Assembly (NCBI GenBank): GCA_963795085.1
Contig: CAWCFX010000002.1
Location: forward strand, 96,001 to 160,000
Source of the DNA: an uncultured Gemmatimonadales bacterium
GTDB lineage: Bacteria; Gemmatimonadota; Gemmatimonadetes; Gemmatimonadales; GWC2-71-9
Direction of reading: 5' to 3'
DNA: 64,000 bases
Below the pieces are notes generated by a model, which saw only the letters and a list, made by a program, of their open reading frames with translations, made no database searches and was not told the origin of the DNA. This document shows, one piece after another, positions 1 through 9,651 of the stretch (positions are counted from its first letter, which is position 1; every line of letters starts with the position of its first letter). A program made the translations under genes and the position numbers.

Positions 1-1273
1 GCCGGTCCTCCAGGCCCTGGCCCATGCCCACGAGAAAGGAATGATCCACCGCGATCTGAAGCCTGACAACATCATCCTCGACCAGCAGAGCGGCCGCCCG
101 TTGCTGGTGGACTTCGGGATCGTCAAGCAGGCGGGAGACGGCCCCGGGGCGACGCTGTCGGGGTTCGTGGTCGGGACCCCCACCTACATGAGCCCGGAGC
201 AGGCGCTCGGCCAATCCAACGTGGACCACCGGAGCGACATCTACGCCATCGGCGGGGTGCTCTTCCACCTGGTCACCGGATTGCCGCCCTTCGAGGGCGA
301 TACCTCGCAGGAGATCATCGGGCGGCACATCAGCCACCCGGTGCCGATTCCCAGTTCGGTCAACCACCGGGTGCCCGCCTGGTTGTCCGACGTGATCGCC
401 CGCGCGCTGGCCAAGCGGCCCGGGGACCGGTTCCAGTCCGCCAACGACATGGCCGATGCGCTCCGGGTGGGGATGCAATCCGGACCGTTGCCGCCGCTGG
501 TGAGCCGGGAGACGCTGATCCGGCAGATCCGGGAGGACGATCCCACCCACATCATGCCCGCCGCCACGGGCGCCCAGCCCGGCGACGGCGGGCGCGCCAC
601 GGGCGAATCCCGCGCGTTCGGCCGCCGCTCCGGTGACAGCCCCGCGCTGAGAGGCCAGCGGGTCTGGGCGGGTATCCGGTGGTTCGTGGTCCTGGCCGCG
701 GTCGCCGCCGCCACCTATTACTTCATCACGGTGAAGCCGGAACTGGTCGTCCGCAATAATCTCATCGTACCGGTCGAGGTGAAGCTGGACAGCAACGTCG
801 TCGTGCCGCCGGGTTCGGCCCTTGCACACCGTATTCCGCCCGATGCCAAGGTCCTCGGCGGGTGGACCGTGGTCCGCCCGGTGGTCGGCGGCGCGGCGGT
901 GGGCGAGGCGTTCCGGGGTAACATCCAGGTGGATGGACTCAATCTCACCCAGGCGGTGAGCCGGATCGTCAGTCACGATATCGACAGCTGGACAAGCGGC
1001 GGCGACCGCTACTTTGCCCCCCTGGTCACCAACCTCACCGGGGACTCGGTTCGCGTTTACATCACTGCCGCCAGCCGGCCGGCCGGTTGCCTCTGCTGGC
1101 TGGGACCCGGCGAGCGCCAGCTCATCGGTTACTACGTGCTGGACGGGTCCACGGTCCGGGTCAACGGCCGGGATCGCTTTGCCGTCTTCCGCAACCTGGA
1201 GCGGCTGGTGGACCCGGTGAGCGGCGCGGTCGAGATCCGGGTAGATTCGGCGAGCTTCACCGCCGGCTCCTAG
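1..1273 (+). CDS. Membrane-anchored Ser/Thr protein kinase (5' end lies outside the window)
   Basis: HRDLKPDN, DFG and GTPTYMSPEQ motifs; frame open from base 2 (PVLQALAHAHEKG); TM helix WFVVLAAVAAATYYFI, then a beta-rich C-terminal domain. Confidence 0.93.
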   Translation, partial: PVLQALAHAHEKGMIHRDLKPDNIILDQQSGRPLLVDFGIVKQAGDGPGATLSGFVVGTPTYMSPEQALGQSNVDHRSDIYAIGGVLFHLVTGLPPFEGDTSQEIIGRHISHPVPIPSSVNHRVPAWLSDVIARALAKRPGDRFQSANDMADALRVGMQSGPLPPLVSRETLIRQIREDDPTHIMPAATGAQPGDGGRATGESRAFGRRSGDSPALRGQRVWAGIRWFVVLAAVAAATYYFITVKPELVVRNNLIVPVEVKLDSNVVVPPGSALAHRIPPDAKVLGGWTVVRPVVGGAAVGEAFRGNIQVDGLNLTQAVSRIVSHDIDSWTSGGDRYFAPLVTNLTGDSVRVYITAASRPAGCLCWLGPGERQLIGYYVLDGSTVRVNGRDRFAVFRNLERLVDPVSGAVEIRVDSASFTAGS

Positions 1274-1354
1274 GTCCCCTCGGATTCACCCCGCCTCCCG
1301 CAAACGGTGTAACTTTCAGCGTTGCCCGCCACTCGACGACCGGCCTGAGGTCCC

Positions 1355-4300
1355 ATGCCGCCCAGGAAAACCACCAGCGCGAAACCGGCCCGGAAAAAGG
1401 CCGGGACCCGTACCCTCCACCGGCAACTCCCCATTGTGGGCATCGGCGCCTCGGCCGGGGGGTTCGAGGCGCTGGAACGGTTGTTCCGGTCGGTGCCGTC
1501 CCGCCCGGGCATCGCCTTCATCGTGGTGCAGCACCTCGATCCCACCCGCGTCAGCGAAATGCCGGCGCTCATCCGCCGGTGGACCTCCCTCAAGGTGGTG
1601 CTTGCCGAAGAGGGTGACCAGCTCAAACCCAACGTGGTCTACACCATTCCGCCTGACCGGTCCCTGACGGTCCAGGGGGGACGGATCCGGCTGGCCCGCC
1701 CGACGGAACCGAGGGGTCTTCGCCTGCCGGTGGATGCGTTGTTCTATTCGCTGGCCCAGGACGCCGCGGAGTGCGCCGTGGGGATCGTGCTTTCCGGAAA
1801 CGGAGCGGATGGCAGTCTCGGGCTCCGGGCCATCAAGGGCCACGGCGGCCTGGTGATCGCGCAGGATCCGGGGACGGCCGAGTTTGAGTCCATGCCGCGC
1901 AACGCGATCGCGACCGGGACCGTGGATTTTATCCTCCCGCCGGCCCGCATGATGGAAACGATTCGTGGGTACGTGGACCACGATTACGTCAGGAAGCCCG
2001 GCAACGGCGACGCCCGGAGCGTGCCGGACTACGTCAGCCAGGTGCTGGCCTTGTTGCACGCCCGGCGGAACGTGGATTTCAGCGGCTACAAGAAGGGCAC
2101 CATGGTGCGCCGGATCGACCGGCGCATGGGGATCCGGCACTTGAGCCGGGGGACCGACTACCTCGCCGCCCTCCGCGCGGATCCCGACGAGGTCAACGCC
2201 CTGTTCAACGATCTCCTGATCCAGGTGACCCGGTTTTTCCGGGATCCGGCCTCCTGGAAGGTGCTGGAGCGGGACGTGCTCGCCCGGCTGATCGAACAGG
2301 CCGACCGGGAGAATCCTGTCCGGGTCTGGGTGCCCGGCTGCGCCACCGGCGAGGAGGCGTACTCCGTGGCGATCCTGTTGCTGGAGTTGGCCGACCGGGC
2401 CGGCCACCGGGCACCCATTCAGGTCTTTGCCTCCGATCTGGACCGGAACGCGCTCGACCTGGCCCGGGCCGGCGTCTTCCCGGAAAGCATCGCCGCCGAT
2501 GTGACTTCCGAGCGCCTGCAGCGGTTCTTCATCGGTGGCGAGCACCGCTATACCGTCAACCAGCAGCTGCGCGACACGGTGGTCTTTGCCCAGCAGAACC
2601 TCCTGGTGGATCCTCCCTTCAGCCGGCTGGACCTGGTGCTCTGCCGAAACGTCCTGATCTACCTCGAAGCCGCCATGCAGCGCCGGGTGATAAATCTCTT
2701 TCACTTTGCTCTCAAGCCGGGCCGCTACCTCTTTCTCGGCAGCAGCGAGACGGTGGGTCCCCAGACCGACCTGTTTCAGCCGGTGTCCAAGCGCAGCCGG
2801 GTGTATCGCCGTCTGGGGTCGGTCCGGCATGACCAGATCCGGTTGAGCATGGCGGGCTTCCCGGCCGCGCTGCCGCCGCCGGCCGCGCAGCAGGCCGCCG
2901 CACGGGAGGACCCGGTCCTGGCGCGGGCCCGGGAGTATCTGCTGGAACGGCACACGCCCGCCACCGCCCTGATCAACCGGCGCATGGAAATCGTCTCGCT
3001 CTTCGGCCGGACCGAGGATTTTCTCACCCAGCCGTCCGGTCCGCTCACCGCCGATCTCCTCGCCTGGGTGCGGGAAGGCGCCCGGACCAAGCTCCGGGTC
3101 GCGGTGCAATCGGCGGTCCGGAAGAAGTCCACGGTGCGGGTCCGCGGGCTTGCCATCGGCCGGAGGTCCGGCTCCATCGTGGTGGAGCCGCTCGCCGGGC
3201 TCGGCGAGTCCGAGGGATTGCTCCTGGTCATGTTCCAGCGGGAAAAGGCTGAGCGGGCGGCGACCCGCACCGAGGCGAAGGGCGGCGATCAGCCGCTGCT
3301 GCGGCAGCTGGAGCGGGAGCTCCAGGTGGCCCGGGAAGAACTCCAGAGCAACGTGGAACAACTGGAGAGTTACAACGAAGAACTTCGCGCGACCAACGAA
3401 GAAGTTCTCTCGATGAACGAGGAACTGCAGTCCACAAACGAAGAACTGGAGACGTCGAAGGAGGAACTGCAGTCCGTCAACGAAGAGCTGAGTGCCGTCA
3501 ACAGCCAGTTGGAGGTAAAAATCGGCGAGATGCAGACGCTGAACGATGACATCAGCAACCTGCTCAGCAGCACCGACCTGCCCACCATTTTCCTGGACCG
3601 CCAGTTCCGGATCCGCCGCTATACCGCCGGCATGACCCGGATCTTCCGGGTGATTCCCTCGGACCTGGGCCGGGCCGTCGATGATATCGTGCGCCTGGTG
3701 GACGACGAGGCGCTCCTCGCCGATGCGGGCGACGTCCTGCACCGGCTGCAACCGATAGAGCGCGAGGTCCTGGGCGCCGCGGGCCGGGGCTACCTGCGGC
3801 GGGTCCTGCCGTACCGTACCGACGACGACCGCATCGATGGCGTGGTGGTCACCTATACCGACATCTCCGACCGGATGCGCGCCGACCGGGCCGTGCGGGA
3901 TGCCCGGGACTTCGCCCTGGCGATTGTCGAAACGCTCCGGGAGCCGCTGCTGGTTCTTGATGAACGGCTCACCGTGCGGTCCGCGAACGCCGCCTTTCAC
4001 CGCACGTTTCATCTCAGCCCCGCCAAAGTCGTGGGCCTTCAGTTCTTCGACGTGGGAGAAGGCGAATGGAACATCCCCGGGCTCCGGCGCAAACTGGAGC
4101 GGCTGCTGCCGGACCACGGCCAGATCGATAATTTCGAAGTGCGCCGGGAATTCGCCGGTGCCGGCGAGCGGATCGTGCGGCTGAATGCCCGGCCCCTCAT
4201 GTTCAGTGGCCAGCCGGTGATTATCGTGGCGCTCGAAGACCTGACCCACCTGGTCCAGGCGGACCGGGCTCGCAACCAGGTGCTCCGCCAGCTGGTCGGT

Positions 4301-4945
4301 GCCGAGGAAAAGGAGCGCCATCGGCTGGCGCTGGAACTCCACGACGAAACCGGCCAGCACGTGACGGCCTTTCTCCTCGGGCTCGCCACCCTTCGGGAGA
4401 CCCACGCCGGCCAGCCCGAGAGCCTGGCCCTGGTCCTGGACCTCAAGGGCCGGGCCGAGGTGCTGGCCCGCCATCTCCACGGTATCGCCCTGCAGCTGCG
4501 GCCCACCGCGCTGGACGATCACGGACTGGAGCGCGCCCTGGCTAACTACATCGAGGACGTGAGCCTTCGCCATGACCTGGAGGTGGACCTGCAGGCCCCG
4601 AAACGGGCGGCGCGCCTGGCGCCCCACATCGAAACCGTCCTCTACCGGGTCGCCCAGGAGGCGGTCACCAACGTGCTCAAACATGCCCGGCCGGCCCGGG
4701 TGAGCATCGTGCTGGCCCAGAAGAAGTCCGAAGTCAGCCTCATCGTCGAGGATACCGGGAGCGGGTTCCAGCCCGAGCTGGTCCTGGCCGGAGGCGACAA
4801 GAATCACCTGGGGTTGCGGGGAATGCGCGAACGGGTCATGCTTGCAGGCGGGACCCTGGTCATCGAATCGGCCCCGGGGTCCGGTACCAGCCTCTTCGTC
4901 AGGATTCCGTTGCCGGGGCAGGACGGTGAAAATGCAGAAGCCTAA
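1355..4945 (+). CDS. CheB methylesterase-CheR methyltransferase-coiled coil-PAS-HisKA_3 histidine kinase fusion
   Basis: GASAGG/QHLDP/SGNGADG (CheB); WVPGCATGEEAYS (CheR); EELQSTNEELETSKEELQS; ELHDETGQ, QEAVTNVLKHA, DTGSGF, GLRGMRER. Confidence 0.93.
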   Translation: MPPRKTTSAKPARKKAGTRTLHRQLPIVGIGASAGGFEALERLFRSVPSRPGIAFIVVQHLDPTRVSEMPALIRRWTSLKVVLAEEGDQLKPNVVYTIPPDRSLTVQGGRIRLARPTEPRGLRLPVDALFYSLAQDAAECAVGIVLSGNGADGSLGLRAIKGHGGLVIAQDPGTAEFESMPRNAIATGTVDFILPPARMMETIRGYVDHDYVRKPGNGDARSVPDYVSQVLALLHARRNVDFSGYKKGTMVRRIDRRMGIRHLSRGTDYLAALRADPDEVNALFNDLLIQVTRFFRDPASWKVLERDVLARLIEQADRENPVRVWVPGCATGEEAYSVAILLLELADRAGHRAPIQVFASDLDRNALDLARAGVFPESIAADVTSERLQRFFIGGEHRYTVNQQLRDTVVFAQQNLLVDPPFSRLDLVLCRNVLIYLEAAMQRRVINLFHFALKPGRYLFLGSSETVGPQTDLFQPVSKRSRVYRRLGSVRHDQIRLSMAGFPAALPPPAAQQAAAREDPVLARAREYLLERHTPATALINRRMEIVSLFGRTEDFLTQPSGPLTADLLAWVREGARTKLRVAVQSAVRKKSTVRVRGLAIGRRSGSIVVEPLAGLGESEGLLLVMFQREKAERAATRTEAKGGDQPLLRQLERELQVAREELQSNVEQLESYNEELRATNEEVLSMNEELQSTNEELETSKEELQSVNEELSAVNSQLEVKIGEMQTLNDDISNLLSSTDLPTIFLDRQFRIRRYTAGMTRIFRVIPSDLGRAVDDIVRLVDDEALLADAGDVLHRLQPIEREVLGAAGRGYLRRVLPYRTDDDRIDGVVVTYTDISDRMRADRAVRDARDFALAIVETLREPLLVLDERLTVRSANAAFHRTFHLSPAKVVGLQFFDVGEGEWNIPGLRRKLERLLPDHGQIDNFEVRREFAGAGERIVRLNARPLMFSGQPVIIVALEDLTHLVQADRARNQVLRQLVGAEEKERHRLALELHDETGQHVTAFLLGLATLRETHAGQPESLALVLDLKGRAEVLARHLHGIALQLRPTALDDHGLERALANYIEDVSLRHDLEVDLQAPKRAARLAPHIETVLYRVAQEAVTNVLKHARPARVSIVLAQKKSEVSLIVEDTGSGFQPELVLAGGDKNHLGLRGMRERVMLAGGTLVIESAPGSGTSLFVRIPLPGQDGENAEA

Positions 4946-5591
4946 ACTCCGGGTCGTCCTGGCCGACGACCACGCCATCGTCCGCGAAGGGCTGCGGGCG
5001 CTGATCGACCGACAGCCGGACATGGAAGTCGTGGGCGAAGCGGGCGACGGCCGGGCCGCCGTGGACGTGTGCGAGCGGCTGCTCCCCGATGTCATCGTGA
5101 TGGACCTGAGCATGCCGGTCCTCAATGGAACCCGGGCCGCCCGGGAACTCATGGAACGACACCCCGAACTCAAGATCCTGGCTCTCACGGTCCACGAGGA
5201 GCGCAGCTACCTGCGGGAGCTGCTGGAGGCCGGGGCCTCGGGCTACCTTCTCAAACGGGTGGCTGCGGAAGAGCTGGTGCACGCCATCCGCCGGGTGGCG
5301 GAAGGCGGCGTCTACGTGGACGGCCGGCTGATCCCCGACGTCCTCGACCGGTATTTCCGGGCGCCCGGCAAGGACGGCAAGCCGGAGGGCCGTCCGCTGA
5401 CCCCCCGCGAAGAAGAGATCATGCGGCTGATCGCCCGGGGGCATAGCAACCGGGAAATCGCCACCCAGTTCGCGGTCTCCGTGAAGACGGTCGAAACCCA
5501 CAAGGCCCGCGCCACCGAAAAGCTGGGCATTCACAACCGTGCCGGCATCGTCCGCTACGCGATGCAGCAGGGGTGGATGGCCGAACAGTAG
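4932..5591 (+). CDS. NarL/FixJ-family response regulator (REC + LuxR HTH)
   Basis: LADDH, MDLSMP, LTPREEEI...SVKTVETH; ATG at 4932 overlaps the kinase 3' end. Confidence 0.95.
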   Translation: MQKPKLRVVLADDHAIVREGLRALIDRQPDMEVVGEAGDGRAAVDVCERLLPDVIVMDLSMPVLNGTRAARELMERHPELKILALTVHEERSYLRELLEAGASGYLLKRVAAEELVHAIRRVAEGGVYVDGRLIPDVLDRYFRAPGKDGKPEGRPLTPREEEIMRLIARGHSNREIATQFAVSVKTVETHKARATEKLGIHNRAGIVRYAMQQGWMAEQ

Positions 5592-5779
5592 GGCTTACCC
5601 CGACCATTGTCGGTCGCTGCCCCAATGGCTCTCCGCTCGCTTCCCATCCATAGTCCATCCAACAGCTGGCCTCCGCATGCGCTGGGGAGGGCGATGCGCG
5701 CCCGGTATCCGATTGCGGCGGCGGGTCTGCTGGATGCTGCATTGGTTTCCACGGCAAGAATCCGAACCCCGGAATCACC

Positions 5780-6217
5780 ATGAACAAGGTGCGGCTACTG
5801 GTAGTGGACGATCATGCCGTCGCGATCGAGGGCATCCGCAGCCTCCTGGCCGGCGAGCCGGACATCGAAGTAATCGCCGAGGCGGGTGACTGGTGGACCG
5901 CGGTGAAGATGGTCAACGAGATGGACATGGACGTGTGCATCATGGACGTCTCCAGGCCGGGCCTCGACGGCGCGCTGGCCACCCGCCGCATGAAACAGAT
6001 GAACCCCGCGATCCGGGTCATCGCGCTGGCGGACGATCACGACCTGCACCGGCTGGAGCGCCTGCTCGGTTCCGGCATCAACGCCTATATCCTCAAGCGA
6101 AAGGCGGCGGCGGAACTGCTACCGGCCATCCGGGCCGTCATGTCGAGCGGAGTGTACCTGGGGGACAGCCGCCGCACCCCCCGCGGGCGGTCCGCGCCGG
6201 CGGTCAAGGAAACCTGA
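5780..6217 (+). CDS. Stand-alone NarL-type receiver domain protein
   Basis: VVDDH, MDVSRPGLDG, YILK; ends before any HTH. Confidence 0.85.
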   Translation: MNKVRLLVVDDHAVAIEGIRSLLAGEPDIEVIAEAGDWWTAVKMVNEMDMDVCIMDVSRPGLDGALATRRMKQMNPAIRVIALADDHDLHRLERLLGSGINAYILKRKAAAELLPAIRAVMSSGVYLGDSRRTPRGRSAPAVKET

Positions 6218-6518
6218 TCCATGTCCCCCAGCCGGTTGCGGGGGGAGCCGCGGGTCGATCCGGGGTTCCCCACCGGCTGGGCCGGACCCAGGGTTCCGGG
6301 TTCGAGGTGCGACCGATGCGGCCGCGGTAGCTTTGCCGATGGGTACAAGGTCGGTGAGCGGCAAATGGCCCGGAGTTGGCCGGATAGCTGCTGCCCCCCG
6401 ATATTGCCCGGAGACCCTGGATGACCTTCCGGCGTACTGTTCCCCGATAAGCCTCCCACCATAGCGCGGGCCCGCCAGCGTTGATCCTGTGCTGGGCTCT
6501 TCTTATCATTCCCGTACC

Positions 6519-8234
6519 GTGACTCAACTCATGTGTGGCAATTGCGGACGCGAGATTCCGGAGCATTATCCGGTATGCGTTCATTGCGGCACATCCATCC
6601 CGATAGGCGCCCCGGGACCGGCCGCCGACGATGACGGCCAGCATGTCTTCGACCGGCTGGCCAAGGCCCTGAGTCCGACTTACGATGTGGTCCGCCTGAT
6701 CGGTCGCGGCGGGTTCTGCGACGTCTTCGAAATCTACGACACCCACCTCGACCGCCGGCTTGCGGCCAAAGTCCTGCGGGTGGACCTCGCCTGGGCGCCC
6801 GGCATGATCCCCCGGTTCGAACGGGAAGCCCTCGCCCTCGCCAAGCTGAATCACCCTCATATCCCCCCGCTCTATTTCGTGGGAGACCGCGAAGGGCTGG
6901 CCTATTTCGCCATGCCCTTCATCGAGGGGCGGTCGCTGGGCCAGATGGTAGCGGACAACGGGCCCATTGACCCGGTGCGGCTCATCGAGATCATGCTGCC
7001 AGTCCTCGACGCGCTCGAGTACGCCCATGGCCACGGCATCATCCACCGCGACATCAAGCCGGACAATATCGTCATTGACCAGAGGAGCGGGCGGCCCCTG
7101 TTGCTGGATTTCGGGCTGGCCAAGCAGATGGCAGCCCGGCCCGGTGCCAGCCTGCCCGGCATCGTGCTGGGGACGCCGGCATACACCAGCCCGGAACAGG
7201 TCCTGGCCCAGCCCGGCGTGGACCATCGCAGCGACATCTATGGGATTGGCGCCACGATGTTCTACGGTCTGACGGGAACCACCATCGCCACTGGCGAGAC
7301 GCCCCGGGAAATCATCGGGCGGCAGCTCACCGGCGAAATCCCGGTGCCCTCCGAGGTCAATCCTGACATCCCCGAATGGCTGTCGCAGGTGGTCCTCTGC
7401 GCCCTGGAACGGCACCCGGAAGACCGGTTCCAGTCGGTGGCCGCGATGGCTGCCGCGCTGCGGGCCGGCGGGCTCAGCCACCGGCCGGTGCCGGCTCGGC
7501 CCGCCGCCGCTCGCAATATCCGGCACGATGATCCCACGCCGCCCATGGTCCCGGTGACGGTACCGGATCAGTTGCCGCCCTGGCTCCGGCGAACCGAGGA
7601 TGCCGGGCCCCGGCTGCAGCGGTGGTCCCGGCAGGCCCGCTGGACGCTCCTCGTCGTGGCCGTCGCCCTGGCCGTCAGCTGGTTCGCCCTCAACCCGTTG
7701 CGTTTCGACCTGGTGAACCGGCTGGTCCTGCCTGTGGAAATCCACACGGAGGAGGGGATCCACCAGACGCTGGCACCTGGCGCGGAGTATCGCACCGAGG
7801 TGGGTGAGGACGGCAAGGTGCTGGTCACCTGGCGAGTGGTGCAGCCCCTGCCCGATTCCGGGGCGGCGGAAATTCAGCAGGTGGGCGGCCTCATCCGGGT
7901 CGACAATTCCATGATGTCGGAAATGGCCCGCAGGCGGGTTCGCCGCGACGTGGACAGCTGGCTGGGCCTGACCCGCTCCTTCGCGCCCCGCGTCAGCAAC
8001 CAGCTCGGAGTACCGCTGACCGCCACGGTGCACTCCGAGGGGCCGGCGATCCAGTTCCGGGTAATGCCGGGGGAAAGCCGGGTGCTCGGGTATTTTGCGC
8101 TGACCGACACCGCGCACGTCGTGGTGCGCGCCGCGGGTCGGCCCGAGGCGCGCTTCGCCGACCTCGACATTCTCTCCGGGACCGAGAGCGGCGTGGTGGA
8201 TCTCACCATTACGGAGTCGGTTTTTCCCCGCTAG
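6519..8234 (+). CDS. Zn-ribbon Ser/Thr kinase with TM helix and extracytoplasmic domain
   Basis: CGNC..CVHC; GRGGF, HRDIKPDN, DFG, GTPAYTSPEQ; TM helix; start is GTG 6519 or ATG 6531. Confidence 0.92.
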   Translation: MTQLMCGNCGREIPEHYPVCVHCGTSIPIGAPGPAADDDGQHVFDRLAKALSPTYDVVRLIGRGGFCDVFEIYDTHLDRRLAAKVLRVDLAWAPGMIPRFEREALALAKLNHPHIPPLYFVGDREGLAYFAMPFIEGRSLGQMVADNGPIDPVRLIEIMLPVLDALEYAHGHGIIHRDIKPDNIVIDQRSGRPLLLDFGLAKQMAARPGASLPGIVLGTPAYTSPEQVLAQPGVDHRSDIYGIGATMFYGLTGTTIATGETPREIIGRQLTGEIPVPSEVNPDIPEWLSQVVLCALERHPEDRFQSVAAMAAALRAGGLSHRPVPARPAAARNIRHDDPTPPMVPVTVPDQLPPWLRRTEDAGPRLQRWSRQARWTLLVVAVALAVSWFALNPLRFDLVNRLVLPVEIHTEEGIHQTLAPGAEYRTEVGEDGKVLVTWRVVQPLPDSGAAEIQQVGGLIRVDNSMMSEMARRRVRRDVDSWLGLTRSFAPRVSNQLGVPLTATVHSEGPAIQFRVMPGESRVLGYFALTDTAHVVVRAAGRPEARFADLDILSGTESGVVDLTITESVFPR

Positions 8235-8360
8235 CCACCCGTTGTGACCCGGAGCCCGCCTCCCGGTGTGACCTATCTCATTGTCGGCCAGACCATGCGG
8301 CATCAAATTCGCTGCCGGGAGGAGGAGTTGGCTGGTTCACCTCAGGGCGAGGGTGCGGCG

Positions 8361-8570
8361 ATGATCAATGCGATGTCTGCGGCATCGGTGGGACAGGGTG
8401 CGGTGCGGGTGCGACAGGGTTTCGCCCGGCTCTACCCCGGCATCAATTTCGAAACATGGTATCCCGTGGTCCGGCCGCTCGACGCCGCCGGGTTTTTCAT
8501 TCGATATCAGGGCAGAGAACGCCACGTGTGGCGGTCTCACTTCGAGTTGGCCCAGCAGTTCAGCGAGTAG
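8361..8570 (+). CDS. Small hypothetical protein (about 69 aa)
   Basis: Globular-looking sequence (FARLYPGINFETWYPV...HFEL) followed by a terminator; start uncertain. Confidence 0.5.
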   Translation: MINAMSAASVGQGAVRVRQGFARLYPGINFETWYPVVRPLDAAGFFIRYQGRERHVWRSHFELAQQFSE

Positions 8571-8596
8571 CGAGGTGGCGGGGGAGTAAATGGCCA

Positions 8597-8627
8597 GCGG
8601 GCCGCGCCTCGGCGCGGCCCGTTTGTT
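8597..8627 (+). terminator. Intrinsic terminator between convergent genes
   Basis: Perfect inverted repeat CGGGCCGCGCC/GGCGCGGCCCG followed by TTTGTT. Confidence 0.7.
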
Positions 8628-9651
8628 AGTTGCGGCCCGGCAGGCAGGCCTCGTTCCACGCCTTCGCGTACCGATCCCTCAGGTACTTGGCTTCCATCAC
8701 GTCAAACCCCCGGCAGGCTTCCATCCGGCGGGCGTTGGCTTCCTCGATCCGGCCCTCTCTCCCCAGGCCAATGGCGGAGACCGCCGCGCATTCTGCGGCC
8801 ACCAGGACCGACCCGCAACGGTGGGCGATGCTCCGGGAGATCTCCGCTTCCGCCACGGCCTCCCGGGTGCGGCCATGGCGCAGGTGATAGTGGGCCGAGA
8901 TCCGGCCGACTTCCGCCAGGCACATCTCGTTGCCGGCCTCGGCGGCCTTGGCCTGCGCCCGGGCGATGGACTTGGCCGCCCCGTTCAGGTCCGACCGTTC
9001 AATCCGGGTTTCGGCCTGCCCTGCCAGGCAGAGGGCGATCAGGGCCGGGTCTCCGGAGCCCTCCGCGTTGCGGACGGCCAGGCGGCCTACGCTTTCGGCG
9101 GCCTCCAGCATCTCCAGCTTGCGAAAGACCAGGTTGAGGTTGTGGTAGGTCTGGGCGATGCCCCGGGTATCTTCGGCCGCCTGGTAGAGCTGAAGGCTCT
9201 CGTAATACAGAGTGAGCGCGGCATCCGATTGACCCCGCAGGTCCAGGATGGAGGCCAGGTTCGTCGTGGCATGGGCCCCGATCAGGCGGTCGGACGTATC
9301 CTCGTTCCGGGCCAGCACCTGCCGAAAGCGCCGCTCGGCCTGCGGCAGTTCGCCCCGTTCCAGGTGGAGGCCGCCAAGCAGGTTCAGGACCCGGATCTCC
9401 TCGGGCGAGGACGCCTGCCCGCGGAAGGCTTCTTCAGCGGCGGTGGCCAGCTTCATGGCAACCGGGAACCGCCCCAGCCGGGCCGCCGCGGTCGCGGCCC
9501 AGAGTTGCGCGCTCGCGTTGGTCCGCCCCGACGGGTCCAGGGCAAAGTAGCAGTCCAGCGCCGCCTCGAACCGGTTGAGCCCGCACAGGGCGGCGACTGC
9601 CGACACCCGGTCGGTGGGGACCGGCGTGGGCCGGCGGTTATCCCGGATCAC
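8626..9651 (-). CDS. Tetratricopeptide repeat protein
   Basis: NLLGGLHLERGE, TNLASILDLRG and HNLNLVF TPR units; GTG start overlaps the upstream TGA (GTGA). Confidence 0.85.
   Translation of the reverse strand: MIRDNRRPTPVPTDRVSAVAALCGLNRFEAALDCYFALDPSGRTNASAQLWAATAAARLGRFPVAMKLATAAEEAFRGQASSPEEIRVLNLLGGLHLERGELPQAERRFRQVLARNEDTSDRLIGAHATTNLASILDLRGQSDAALTLYYESLQLYQAAEDTRGIAQTYHNLNLVFRKLEMLEAAESVGRLAVRNAEGSGDPALIALCLAGQAETRIERSDLNGAAKSIARAQAKAAEAGNEMCLAEVGRISAHYHLRHGRTREAVAEAEISRSIAHRCGSVLVAAECAAVSAIGLGREGRIEEANARRMEACRGFDVMEAKYLRDRYAKAWNEACLPGRN

Noticed and set aside
1316..5188. 1290-aa antisense ORF and similar long shadow ORFs throughout the window
   Set aside because: They mirror real genes in high-GC DNA and carry no recognisable motifs
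6221..6424. Small Cys-containing ORF
   Set aside because: It overlaps a hairpin, has Pro/Gly/Arg-rich composition and has no other support
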